Shown one piece after another: positions 30,152 through 39,546 of a DNA stretch of 64,000 nt. This DNA comes from Candidatus Spongiisociaceae bacterium. GTDB lineage: Bacteria > Actinomycetota > Acidimicrobiia > Spongiisociales > Spongiisociaceae. The position numbers and the translations under genes were made by a program. The notes under the pieces were generated by a model. It was given only the letters and a program-made list of their open reading frames with translations. It had not been told where the DNA came from and did not search any database. The stretch is taken from assembly GCA_965219685.1 (NCBI GenBank), contig CBDCOH010000002.1, forward strand, positions 2,400,001 to 2,464,000, read 5' to 3'. Positions within the stretch are counted from its first letter, which is position 1. The number at the start of each line of letters is the position of its first letter.

Positions 30152-31366
30152 TCAGACCAGGTCGAGGACGGGGAGTTCCATACCGGCCTCCAAGGTGGCC
30201 TTCCAGGAGGTGTCGCAAGCCGCCCCTGCTCCGGCGGAGCGCGCACCGGCGACCGCCTCGACGCAGTTGCCCTCGCAGGGACAGCGCTGGACCCGGGACG
30301 CGTACTCGGGCATGAAGTGATGCTTCACGATGTGTCGAGCCTCCTTCTCATCCATCCCCCACGACTCCCAGTGGCGCCTCGTCTGCTCGAAGATCATGTC
30401 CGGATCCCCCAGCTTCCAGAGGGTCTGGAACCGGTCGGGAATCCTGATCCCCAGCGCTTCTGCGAGCAGCGACTGGTAGTGGAGAACGGGAAGACGGTCG
30501 CTCCCGAACTTGCACCACTCCCGGTGACACATGTGGTGGTGGGTCAGGATGGCATCGGCCCCGACCGCATCGGCCTGGGCCTGAAGATCCTGCTGGACTT
30601 CCAGGTATTGCTCCGGGGTGATGTCGTTGAGAACGCTTGGTTCTCCCGGACCCTTGGTCGCGCACGGCTGGCCGAGTGCGGGACTCTCCACGATACCCAC
30701 GTACTCGATCCCCGGGATCAACTCGAGCGTCCTGATCACCGCCGACTTGGCTGCTTCCTTGGTGGGATGGACCTCGGCGCCCTCGGCATGGAGCATCACC
30801 CGGCGGGGTATGGACTTGCGCCACGGTATGCCGTCGCCCATCTCGACCAGGAGGTCGGCCAGGTAGTCCGTTATATGGATCACCTCGAAAGGGGCCTGGC
30901 CGCGCTGGTCCGAGATGACCTTCACGTGGTAGTCGAACTCGATGAGGCACGAACCGCAGCACTGCACGTTGACCTCCGGCTGCCACGAAGCGAACCTGTC
31001 GATGGCCCGCGCCGCCATCGCGTCGCCGACTTGGCCCTTGCCGAAGCGTTGGAAGGGCCTGCCGCAGCAGTACTTGTTACCGGCTACCGCGACGAAGTCG
31101 ACCCGGAGCGCCTCGAACAGGGCGACCTGGGTGAGCATCAGGTGCGGCGTGTTCTGGACGCCGCAACTCAGGTTCAGGACCACCTCCGCCCCTTCGGCCG
31201 GTTTCGAGTACCGCTCCAGCCAGGTGACCTCGTCTCGCGAGATCTGGAGGCGTTCCGAGTTGAGGTGATCACGATAGAAGCGGGTGAAGCTGAACTCCTT
31301 GGCCCGCGAGAGATCGAAGTCCTCCCCTGCCGCGTTCTTCGTGACCATCCGGTCGTCAACCACCAT
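30152..31366 (-). CDS. Stand-alone CCG-domain Fe-S protein (2)
   Basis: LSCGVQNTPHL, YCCGRPF, CCGSC, HHMC, CPCEGNC. Confidence 0.7.
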   Translation of the reverse strand: MVVDDRMVTKNAAGEDFDLSRAKEFSFTRFYRDHLNSERLQISRDEVTWLERYSKPAEGAEVVLNLSCGVQNTPHLMLTQVALFEALRVDFVAVAGNKYCCGRPFQRFGKGQVGDAMAARAIDRFASWQPEVNVQCCGSCLIEFDYHVKVISDQRGQAPFEVIHITDYLADLLVEMGDGIPWRKSIPRRVMLHAEGAEVHPTKEAAKSAVIRTLELIPGIEYVGIVESPALGQPCATKGPGEPSVLNDITPEQYLEVQQDLQAQADAVGADAILTHHHMCHREWCKFGSDRLPVLHYQSLLAEALGIRIPDRFQTLWKLGDPDMIFEQTRRHWESWGMDEKEARHIVKHHFMPEYASRVQRCPCEGNCVEAVAGARSAGAGAACDTSWKATLEAGMELPVLDLV

Positions 31367-31426
31367 CGATCCGTTCCTTTTCGTCTCGCTTCAATCTAGT
31401 AGGGAGCTCGCTCCGACGCCCGGCCA

Positions 31427-32407
31427 TCAGCGGGGCGCCGGGCCCTTCGAGAGCTGCTCCAAACCCCTGCGTATGGCCGCACGCTCCGCACTGGCGCCGA
31501 CCCTTCCCAGCGCCAGGCCGTGCCGTTCCCGCACCAACTCGATCCGCTCGTCCAATGGAAGCAACGGGCAGTTCTGACACAGCCGACCCCGGCGATCGTC
31601 CAACCGGTAGGTGAGACAGCACGCATGGCGGCGGTGGATGCCGTGGGGGAACATCGGGTCGTCGATCTCATCCCACACCACGAGGCCTCGCAGGGGGTTG
31701 GGTCCCGGTACCCCCGGTATGGCCGGAGCGCCCAGCAGGGCTCGGCGGTCCTCCACGTAGGGTCGGCCGGCCCCGCCTAGGTACTCGTCGGCCGAGTCCG
31801 AGACCATCCCCACCCATTCGGCCGCGTTGGTCCACAGCAGACGTTCCGAGACCCGCGTCAGGCTCCGGACAACCTCGAAGAAGGGCGCCAGGTGCCGGCC
31901 GTACAGGGTCTCCCAGGCATGCGCCCTGACCTCGGCCAGAGTTGCAGCGGCTTGGGCGTCCACCTTCCACGGCGTGAGCCGCTCGCCGGTCACCACTGCT
32001 CCCTCTCCGAGATCGTCCAGCACCAGTGCGAACGGGAGGGACACACGGGTGAGGATCCTGCAATGGCGCGGCGAAAGGTCCAGGGCCACTCCGTTGGCCA
32101 GGGCACATAATGCCGCAACGGTTAGGCAACCGGTGTAATGGCGGGTCAGCCGTGAGACGGCGATCCGCAGATCGATGTCCACCTCTGAGCGGTCATCCAG
32201 ATGATCCGCCGGATCCGCGAACAGCAACTCGCGGTCCACCGTATGGGACGCGGCGATCGCCCGTCGCAGGAAGTCCGGTTCGAAGTAGCGAGTGGCCGGA
32301 ACGGCCTCTGGAGACGCCGGGTCGTCGAGTAGGTAACGCCCCTCGAACCAACGCCCGAGCCGTCCGATGCCGTCCGCCAGGGACCGCTTCCAATCCTCGG
32401 TCGGCAT
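31427..32407 (-). CDS. FhuF-like (2Fe-2S) ferric-chelate reductase domain protein
   Basis: ERLLWTNAA and C-terminal RRHACCLTYR...LCQNCP (CC-x-C-x2-C); ATGA overlap with the chrA stop. Confidence 0.75.
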   Translation of the reverse strand: MPTEDWKRSLADGIGRLGRWFEGRYLLDDPASPEAVPATRYFEPDFLRRAIAASHTVDRELLFADPADHLDDRSEVDIDLRIAVSRLTRHYTGCLTVAALCALANGVALDLSPRHCRILTRVSLPFALVLDDLGEGAVVTGERLTPWKVDAQAAATLAEVRAHAWETLYGRHLAPFFEVVRSLTRVSERLLWTNAAEWVGMVSDSADEYLGGAGRPYVEDRRALLGAPAIPGVPGPNPLRGLVVWDEIDDPMFPHGIHRRHACCLTYRLDDRRGRLCQNCPLLPLDERIELVRERHGLALGRVGASAERAAIRRGLEQLSKGPAPR

Positions 32408-33654
32408 CAGAGCGTAGCGAGCAGGCCACCGCCGGCCGCGGTCAGGATGACGACCAGCCAAGGGGGAAGTTTCCAGAAAGCCAGGAGCCCCAGCGCGACG
32501 AGCGCGAGCCCGAAGTCCTCGGGACCGAGGATGGCGCTCGACCAGAGAGGATCGTACAGGGCGGCCAGCAGGACCCCCACCACTGCTGCGTTGACCCCGC
32601 GCAGGACTGCCTGCACCTCGGGGCGTGCGCGGAGGGCCCCGAAGGTGGGGAGGGTGGCGACCACTATGAGGAAGGAGGGCAGGAAGATGGCCAGGAGGGC
32701 CAGGAGAGCACCACCGACCCCGTTCGGCTCGGTACCAAGGGAGGCGCCGAGATAGGCCGAGAACGTGAATATGGGCCCCGGCACAGCTTGGGCCGCACCG
32801 AATCCGGCGATGAAGGTCTCATCGTCGACCCAACCCGGTCCGACCACCTCGCTCTCGAGCAAGGGCAGGACGACAGGGCCTCCGCCGAACACCAGTGCCC
32901 CGGAACCGTAGAAGGCGTCAGCCGTCCCGATGGCCGGAGCGTCGAACGCCGCCCTGGCCACCGGCAGCAGGGCCAACAGCGCGAAGAACAGGACCGCGCT
33001 GACAATCGCAGCCCGGCGTCCTGATCCGAGTTGGTACGAGCGGGCAGCAGCGGCTTCCCGGCGCAGGAAGAACCAGCCCACGATCCCGCCCAGGATGATG
33101 ACGACCACGATCGTGGTCCGCGCCGACGAGGGAAAGGCGATCACCGCCAGCGTTGCCAGGACCGCCATCGAACTGCGGAACCGGTCCGGCGCCAGCTGGC
33201 GCCACAGCTTCCACACCGCCAGGCCGACCACGGGAACGGCCACCACCACCAGCCCGTGGATCCACCCGGCCGCCTCCTCGGTGAGACGCGAAGCCGTCAG
33301 GCCCAGCACCGTCATGATCACGGCCGAGGGCAAGGTGAACCCGAGCCAGGCGATGACCCCGCCCCACAGACCACCCCGAGCCATCCCGATGGCCATGCCC
33401 AGCTTGCTGCTACCGGCGCCCGGGAACGCCTGCGAGAGGGCAACGAGGTCGGCGAAGGTCTCCTCATCGACCCAGCGGCGCCGCTGGACGTACTCGTCCT
33501 GGAAGTAGCCGATGTGGGCGATTGGGCCACCGAAGGAGGTGAGCCCGAGGCGCAGAGCCACCCAGAAGATCTCGACCAGCGGCCCTCGTTCCGGGATGAA
33601 AGTAGCCGGGGCAGGGCCGGCGTGGTGGTCGTTCGGGTTGCTATCGTCCGTCAC
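32407..33654 (-). CDS. chrA: Long-chain chromate efflux transporter, copy 2
   Basis: LGLTSFGGPIAHIGYF, FGGGPVVLPLL, AQAVPGPIF; visibly close paralog of 3510..4754. Confidence 0.92.
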   Translation of the reverse strand: MTDDSNPNDHHAGPAPATFIPERGPLVEIFWVALRLGLTSFGGPIAHIGYFQDEYVQRRRWVDEETFADLVALSQAFPGAGSSKLGMAIGMARGGLWGGVIAWLGFTLPSAVIMTVLGLTASRLTEEAAGWIHGLVVVAVPVVGLAVWKLWRQLAPDRFRSSMAVLATLAVIAFPSSARTTIVVVIILGGIVGWFFLRREAAAARSYQLGSGRRAAIVSAVLFFALLALLPVARAAFDAPAIGTADAFYGSGALVFGGGPVVLPLLESEVVGPGWVDDETFIAGFGAAQAVPGPIFTFSAYLGASLGTEPNGVGGALLALLAIFLPSFLIVVATLPTFGALRARPEVQAVLRGVNAAVVGVLLAALYDPLWSSAILGPEDFGLALVALGLLAFWKLPPWLVVILTAAGGGLLATL

Positions 33655-33682
33655 CGGTATCCCCTAGTCATGCATCGCGGGC

Positions 33683-33703
33683 CAATATCGGGCTACGATA
33701 CCA
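33683..33703. promoter_or_regulatory. CGATATCG-N5 operator array, site 7
   Basis: CAATATCG ggcta CGATACCA between divergent chrA and padR. Confidence 0.72.
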
Positions 33704-33752
33704 GGCATCCGAATGGCGAACCGCGACGGACCAGCGACGAACAGGCGGCCAG

Positions 33753-34130
33753 ATGAGCAGGACCGACCGAATCGAGGGCCATCCCACCTTCGAGGCCCAT
33801 AGCAGGCTCTTCCGCGACATCCTGCTGGGTTTCGTTAGGGTGCATGTGCTCCACTGCGCCAGTAGAGGTCCCGTCTACGGGGTGGCGCTCAACGAGGAAC
33901 TCGCGGTCCACGGCTACAACCTGTCGCCGGGAACCCTCTATCCACTCCTCCACGGACTCGAGGACATCGGGTTTCTCGAGCGGACTCCGGAAGTCGTCGG
34001 CGGCAAGGTACGGAAGTACTACTCGCTGACCGACCGGGGACACCAGGCGCTTGAGGATCTCCGTTACAAGATTCGCGAGTTGGTCAGCGATGTGCTGGAT
34101 GGCGAGACCGTACCGGCGGGCTCCCGGTAG
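33753..34130 (+). CDS. PadR-family transcriptional regulator
   Basis: LGFVRVHVLH, VYG...EEL..HGYNLSPGTLYPLLH.LE, RKYYSLT..G. Confidence 0.92.
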   Translation: MSRTDRIEGHPTFEAHSRLFRDILLGFVRVHVLHCASRGPVYGVALNEELAVHGYNLSPGTLYPLLHGLEDIGFLERTPEVVGGKVRKYYSLTDRGHQALEDLRYKIRELVSDVLDGETVPAGSR

Positions 34131-34193
34131 CCCTACCGGACCGGGGCAGCGCCCGATGGGGAGCGGTCGGCTTCCCGAACGCCGGAGTCTCCT

Positions 34194-35132
34194 ATGAGGA
34201 TCGGGCTGATGGCATCGATCTCTGCTGCCGGCGAGCCGACCCTCGAGAACATCACGGCAACCATCGTCCGGGCTGAAGCAACCGGGTTCGACACCGTTTG
34301 GACTTCGGGACGGATGGACGCCCTGACGCAACTGGCTCTCGCCTCGGTACGCACTAACCGTGTCGAGCTTGGCACGGCCATCGTGCCCACCTATCCCCGC
34401 CATCCGCACGCCTTGGTCCAGCAGGCCCTGACAGTCCAGATCGCCTGCGGCGGCAGACTGGCGCTCGGCGTTGGGGTGAGCCATGACACTTCGATGTCAT
34501 CCCTTGGTTTCGACTGGTCTGCGCCGGTCCGCCACGCCCGCGAGTACCTGAGCGGTCTGAATGGGTTGCTGGCAGGAGCGGAGGTTACGTTCGAAGGGAC
34601 CGACTTCTCCCTCTCGAATGCAACCGCGCCGCTCGCCCACCTGACGGCCGTCCCCCCGGTTCTCCTGGCTGCGCTGGGTCCGCAGATGCTGCGGGTGGCC
34701 GGAACGCTTTCCGACGGGACCGTCCTCTGGCTCAGCGGCGCGCGCTATGTGAGAACGGTGGCGGTGCCGGAGATCGCGGCCGCGGCGAAACGAGCCGGCA
34801 AACCCCCGCCGCGGGTGGTGGCAGGAGGTCCGGTGTGCGTGACCGACGATGCGAAGGCATCCTACGAACGCGCCGAACGCGTCCTGCACGCCATCGGGAA
34901 CAGGCCGGTCTACCGGTCGGTACTGGACCTCGACGGTTCGGCCAGCCCGGCCCAGGTAGCCCTGATCGGCGACGAAGCCCTCGTCGGTGAACGTCTTGAC
35001 GAGTTGGCCGAGGCAGGCGCCACCGACTTCGCCGCCCAGATCCTCGCCGCCTCTCCCGAGGAGTACGAGCGGACCCATGCCTTCCTGGCGGGCCGCGCCG
35101 GGACTGGTCACCGTGCCGGCACGGGTCGGTGA
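34194..35132 (+). CDS. LLM-class (F420-dependent-like) oxidoreductase
   Basis: ELGTAIVPTYPRHP, RLALGVGVSH, LAALGPQMLRVAG. Confidence 0.88.
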   Translation: MRIGLMASISAAGEPTLENITATIVRAEATGFDTVWTSGRMDALTQLALASVRTNRVELGTAIVPTYPRHPHALVQQALTVQIACGGRLALGVGVSHDTSMSSLGFDWSAPVRHAREYLSGLNGLLAGAEVTFEGTDFSLSNATAPLAHLTAVPPVLLAALGPQMLRVAGTLSDGTVLWLSGARYVRTVAVPEIAAAAKRAGKPPPRVVAGGPVCVTDDAKASYERAERVLHAIGNRPVYRSVLDLDGSASPAQVALIGDEALVGERLDELAEAGATDFAAQILAASPEEYERTHAFLAGRAGTGHRAGTGR

Positions 35133-35139
35133 CAGCTGC

Positions 35140-35160
35140 CGATATCGGGCTACGATAACG
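35140..35160. promoter_or_regulatory. CGATATCG-N5 operator array, site 8
   Basis: CGATATCG ggcta CGATAACG upstream of the membrane protein gene. Confidence 0.8.
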
Positions 35161-35202
35161 GTTGGACGGCAGTCAAGGTGAGAGAAAGCGAGGAGGCCGG
35201 TT

Positions 35203-35616
35203 GTGGATTGGGATCTGTTCGTGGTGCATTGGCTTCACGTCGCCTTCGGGATCTTCTGGGCCGGGTCGATCGCGTTCACGAGGGTGACCCTGTTCCCGGC
35301 CCTGGCCACGCTTCCCAAGGAACAGGCAGTGGCGGCGAGGAACACCCTGTTGACGGGGAATGCGAAGCGGATCACGTTGATCACGGCCGCCGGGACGGTG
35401 ACAACCGGGATCCTGCGGGGCCTCATGACCGGTGTATTGGATCAGTTGGACACGTCCTACGGATGGATCTACATACTGTCGGGCGTCATCGCGATCCTGA
35501 TGTTCCTCTTCCTGCTCGACTGGTCACCCAAACCGGCCGTCCTACGGCACATCTACCTCGCAGCCTTTCCGGTGCTCTTCACGATGATGGTGCTGATGCG
35601 TTTCGGAGGGTTCTAG
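35203..35616 (+). CDS. Four-TM membrane protein (CopD/DUF2269-like N-terminus)
   Basis: HWLHVAFGIFWAG, TTGILRG; GAGGAGG RBS. Confidence 0.65.
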   Translation: MDWDLFVVHWLHVAFGIFWAGSIAFTRVTLFPALATLPKEQAVAARNTLLTGNAKRITLITAAGTVTTGILRGLMTGVLDQLDTSYGWIYILSGVIAILMFLFLLDWSPKPAVLRHIYLAAFPVLFTMMVLMRFGGF

Positions 35617-36854
35617 GAGGCTGGTGGCCGGTCGAGCGTTTCCTCCTCCACCCGGCCGGCCATCAGGCACAAGGGGAGGGCGACCGCCGACGCTACCAAG
35701 AAGCCGAGCGACAGGAATGTCACCGTACCGTCATAGGCGCGGTCGATCAGCGATCCCAGTAGCGCCCCTCCTCCGGTCGATGTTGCCCCGATGATCGACC
35801 CGGCGGTTCCTGCCTGCCCGGCCATCGGATCGAGGGCCAGGCTGTTCAGGTTGGCGACAACCAGGCCGTGCATGGCGGCGAGCACCGATAGACATACCAG
35901 GAAAAGTGCGAACGTCGGCCTTCCCTCCCCTACCCAGGTTGCGGTCGTCAATGTGAGCGCGGCCGCCAAGTAGATCACGAGGATCCCGACAACCACCCGC
36001 TCGGTCGTAAGCGTCTCGACCAACGCCGCGTTGGCGATCATGGCCGTGGCCATGATCGCGGTAATCCCCCCGTATATCCAGGGGAACTGCTGGGCGCGAC
36101 CGAAGATGTCGGAGAAGATCAGTTCGGAACTCGCCATGTACGAGAAGAAGGCGCCGAAGCTGAACGCCATAGCGACCGTGTAGAAGACCGTGTTGCGGTT
36201 GCGGAGAACCCGCAGGACGGAATTGCCTAGACGGGACACCGACCACCCGACGGCTGGCCGGACCGCCCGCGTCTCGCCGAGCCGGGTCGCCCAAACAGCC
36301 ACCACCGCCGCGAGCCCCACGGCCAACCAGAACACTCCGTGCCAGGAGGTGACATCCGCGATGGTGGCGCCCGCAACGGGAGCGAAGACAGGAACGATGG
36401 TGAAGACGGCGAACACCGACGACATGATCCTCGCCAGGCGATCCCCGTCGAACAGGTCCCTCACGATGGCCAGCGCCACGATCCGGGGCCCGGCCGCCCC
36501 CACACCCCAGAGAGCCTGAGTCGCCAGGAGCAGCGAGAGAGAACCTACGCTCCCCGCGAGTACCGACCCGGCAGCCCCGAGCGCATAGATCGAGAAGCCG
36601 ATCCTCAGCGCCGGCTTCCTCCCCAAAGCATCCGACAACGGCCCGTAGACCAGCCCGCCGACGGACAGACCGACGATGTAGGCCGTGATCGCCCCTGCGA
36701 GGCGGTTCGAGTCCTCGGCCAGCCCGAGAACCTGGCGCATCTCCCCGAACGCAGGCAGGATGAGCCCCACGAGCGCTGAAAGCGCCATCGCAGAGGACAG
36801 GAGCACGATCAGTTCCCCTTCGCGCATGCTCCTTGCGGGTGGGGTCAGGGTCAC
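35613..36854 (-). CDS. Bcr/CflA-family MFS efflux transporter
   Basis: YGPLSDALGRKP, AIVRDLFDG, APVAG, AGTAGS. Confidence 0.88.
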   Translation of the reverse strand: MTLTPPARSMREGELIVLLSSAMALSALVGLILPAFGEMRQVLGLAEDSNRLAGAITAYIVGLSVGGLVYGPLSDALGRKPALRIGFSIYALGAAGSVLAGSVGSLSLLLATQALWGVGAAGPRIVALAIVRDLFDGDRLARIMSSVFAVFTIVPVFAPVAGATIADVTSWHGVFWLAVGLAAVVAVWATRLGETRAVRPAVGWSVSRLGNSVLRVLRNRNTVFYTVAMAFSFGAFFSYMASSELIFSDIFGRAQQFPWIYGGITAIMATAMIANAALVETLTTERVVVGILVIYLAAALTLTTATWVGEGRPTFALFLVCLSVLAAMHGLVVANLNSLALDPMAGQAGTAGSIIGATSTGGGALLGSLIDRAYDGTVTFLSLGFLVASAVALPLCLMAGRVEEETLDRPPAS

Positions 36855-36921
36855 GGCTCCTCCCGGCGGTCCGTCGCCAGAAGGCGGGGCACTCAGGCCT
36901 GGCCAGGATGACCGTTTCAGG

Positions 36922-36942
36922 CGAAGTCGGCTACCGATATCG
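36922..36942. promoter_or_regulatory. CGATATCG-N5 operator array, site 9
   Basis: CGAAGTCG gctac CGATATCG followed by TAATAT, in a divergent gap. Confidence 0.7.
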
Positions 36943-36979
36943 GATAATATAAGGGTGGCCTGCCGGATGGAGAGACCTC

Positions 36980-38077
36980 GTGATCGACAAGACGAAGTTC
37001 GATGTAAAGGGCTACTACACGGCCATGGCCGAGAGCAAGTCGCTTCTGATCGCCCGCGACGACCTCAAGTGGACCGAGCGGTGGGTGGAGCCCGACCGTC
37101 CCTACGACGCACTGCTCGCCTACGGTTGCGCGGTCCAGCATACGCCACACCTGATGCAGGAGGCCGCCAACGTCCTCGACGTGCTGGGCGTCGACTACTT
37201 CGCGGTCACCGGCCGACAGTTCTGCTGCGGCCGGCCGTTCGAGAAGATGGGCAAGGACGGCGCGGTCGCCGACCGCATCTCCGACAAGTCCTACCGGCGG
37301 TTCATGTCCTACCGCCCCAAAGTCGCGGTGCAGTGGTGCGGCGCCTGCATGCGCCAATACCTCGACACGATCAGCGCCCAGCAGGATCCCCCGTTCGCGG
37401 TGGTCCACGTCACCAAGTTCCTTGCCGACCTGCTCGAGGCGAGAGCCGCCGAGGTCCCCTGGGTTAGAGAGGTGAAGACGCGGGTCCTGCTGGAGGCCCA
37501 CCACGACCATGCCCAAGCCGACATAGACACCGCCTCGATTCTCCGCATCTTCGAGATGGTTCCCGGTGTCGACTTCGCCGGGTTCGTCGAGCCGCCGTCC
37601 GCCGGCACCCCGTGCGACCTCGAGGGTCCCAAGGCTGTGGGGGTACTCAACAAGGTCGACACCGAGACCTTCCAGCGCGCCATCACGGAACTGGAGGACC
37701 AGTTGGAGAAGGCAGGGGCAGACACCTTGGTGACCCCCTACCACAAGTGCCAGATGGAGTGGTCGAAGCTCTCCACGAAGAAGCTGGCTATCCGCGAGTG
37801 GATCTCACTGGTTGCGGAAGCGATGGGGGTGGGCGTCCAGGACCGCTACACCATGTACTGGCATCTGGGCGATCCCGAGAGAATCGCCGAGGAGGCTCGG
37901 CCGCAGTGGGAGACCTGGGGCTGGTCCGAGGAGCAGGCGATCGAGGCCGCCCGGCGGCACTTTGTTCCAGAATACGCTATCGACGTGCACCACTGCGACT
38001 GCGGCGGCAGCGGCTGCGGGAGCGAGGGAGCCGACCTGCTCTGGCCGGGACTCGTCGACGTGGCCTCCCTAGTCTGA
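36980..38077 (+). CDS. Stand-alone CCG-domain Fe-S protein (3)
   Basis: YGCAVQHTPHL, FCCGRPF, WCGAC, PYHKC, CDCGGSGC. Confidence 0.7.
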   Translation: MIDKTKFDVKGYYTAMAESKSLLIARDDLKWTERWVEPDRPYDALLAYGCAVQHTPHLMQEAANVLDVLGVDYFAVTGRQFCCGRPFEKMGKDGAVADRISDKSYRRFMSYRPKVAVQWCGACMRQYLDTISAQQDPPFAVVHVTKFLADLLEARAAEVPWVREVKTRVLLEAHHDHAQADIDTASILRIFEMVPGVDFAGFVEPPSAGTPCDLEGPKAVGVLNKVDTETFQRAITELEDQLEKAGADTLVTPYHKCQMEWSKLSTKKLAIREWISLVAEAMGVGVQDRYTMYWHLGDPERIAEEARPQWETWGWSEEQAIEAARRHFVPEYAIDVHHCDCGGSGCGSEGADLLWPGLVDVASLV

Positions 38078-38105
38078 GCCCAGGGCCCTATCGATCGAAT
38101 CGGGT

Positions 38106-38464
38106 TCACAGCCGCACCGAGGGCAGCCGCCTCAACTCGCGGTTGACGGGATCGACATGGATTCCAGCAGACTCCAGCGCAGTGGCGCCCAACAGCGGCT
38201 CGGAGTGGGGTTTGCCGAAGATCACGGTCGCGCCGACCGTCTCTCCCATGATCTCGAACTCGGCAACCGTGACATCGAACCGGACTCTGTACCGTCGGCA
38301 AGCTCGTACCCGCGAGTGCTCCGTGGCGTCAGGCCTATGGATTCGAGCCACGGTCCGGGAACCGACGAGTCGATGGCTCCCGTGTCGACCAGAAACCGAC
38401 CTCGCCACTCCTGCTCCGGCGCGCCAGGATTCCGTACGATGATGTTTGCGTAGGTCATGCCCAT
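38106..38464 (-). pseudogene. Clan AA aspartic protease (AF_0612-like), frameshifted
   Basis: MGMTYA...LVDTGA...YELADGT in one frame continues RVRFDV...EPLLGATALES in another; one base missing near 38289. Confidence 0.8.
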
Positions 38465-38703
38465 GGACTCTCCTTTGGGGTAGCGACTATAATGCAGTTA
38501 ATCAGATATCAACAATTGCAGAATACTGTTACAACCGGGTCGTAAGGCTCGATTACTCAAACGACAACCAGCAATGACCCCCGGGCGCTGTTGCTCGTGC
38601 TGCCCTATCGATGCGGGTTCGAGCGCGCCGTCCGGTCGGCGACCGGACGGCCTCGCGTACCGGGATAGGCGCCGCCCCGCTATCGAACTCGGTATGGGGC
38701 CGG

Positions 38704-39528
38704 CTACAGAGCGAAGCCGAAGTCGCGGGCGGCCTCCATCAACTCCAGCTTGTCGTCGTGCGCGCCGGAGCGCCTACCGATGATGAGAGCGCAGTTCACC
38801 TCGAATGTTCCACCGGGGAACTCCCGCGTCCGGCTGCCCGGTATCACGATCGATCGCGGCGGGACCTCCCCTTTGTGGGTGACAACGGGGTTCTGAGTCA
38901 CATCGATCACATGGGTGGATCCCGTGATCGAGTTCTGGGCGGCGATGACCGCTCCTTCGCCGACGATGACTCCCTCCACGATGATCGAGCGGGATCCGAT
39001 GAAGGCGTCATCCTCAACGATCACCGGCCTCGCCCCGGCGGGCTCCAGCACGCCCCCGATACCGACCCCGCCCGAGAGGTGCACCCTGCGGCCGATCTGC
39101 GCGCCGCTGCCGACCGTTGCCCAGGTGTCCACCAGCGTGCCCGTGCCCACGTAGGCGCCGATGTTGACGAAGCTGGGCATCATCACCACGCCGGGCTCCA
39201 GGTGGCTCCCGTAGCGGGCGATACCGCCGGCCACCACCCGGTTGCCCCGGGCCTCGTAGTCGTGCTTGAGGGGAAGTCGGTCGTAGAACTCGAGCGGCCC
39301 GGCGTGCAGGGTCTCCATCTCGGTGACTCGGAAGTAGAGGTTGATGGCCTGCTGGATCCAGGCGTGAACGATCCAATCGCCGTCGACCTTCTCCGCCAGC
39401 CTGAGCGCACCCTGGTCGAGGAGAGCCACGGTCTGCTCGACGGCATCGACTTCGTGGTCCTCCATGGCAGACGGGTGCCGCGCGGCCGCGCCGATGGTCC
39501 GCTCGAGGTGGGTGACGGTCGTGCTCAT
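38704..39528 (-). CDS. dapD: Tetrahydrodipicolinate N-succinyltransferase
   Basis: MPSFVNIGAYVG.GTLVDTWATVGSGAQIG..VHLSGGVGIGGVLEP. Confidence 0.95.
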   Translation of the reverse strand: MSTTVTHLERTIGAAARHPSAMEDHEVDAVEQTVALLDQGALRLAEKVDGDWIVHAWIQQAINLYFRVTEMETLHAGPLEFYDRLPLKHDYEARGNRVVAGGIARYGSHLEPGVVMMPSFVNIGAYVGTGTLVDTWATVGSGAQIGRRVHLSGGVGIGGVLEPAGARPVIVEDDAFIGSRSIIVEGVIVGEGAVIAAQNSITGSTHVIDVTQNPVVTHKGEVPPRSIVIPGSRTREFPGGTFEVNCALIIGRRSGAHDDKLELMEAARDFGFAL

Positions 39529-39546
39529 CGGTCCTCCTTCCGTGCT

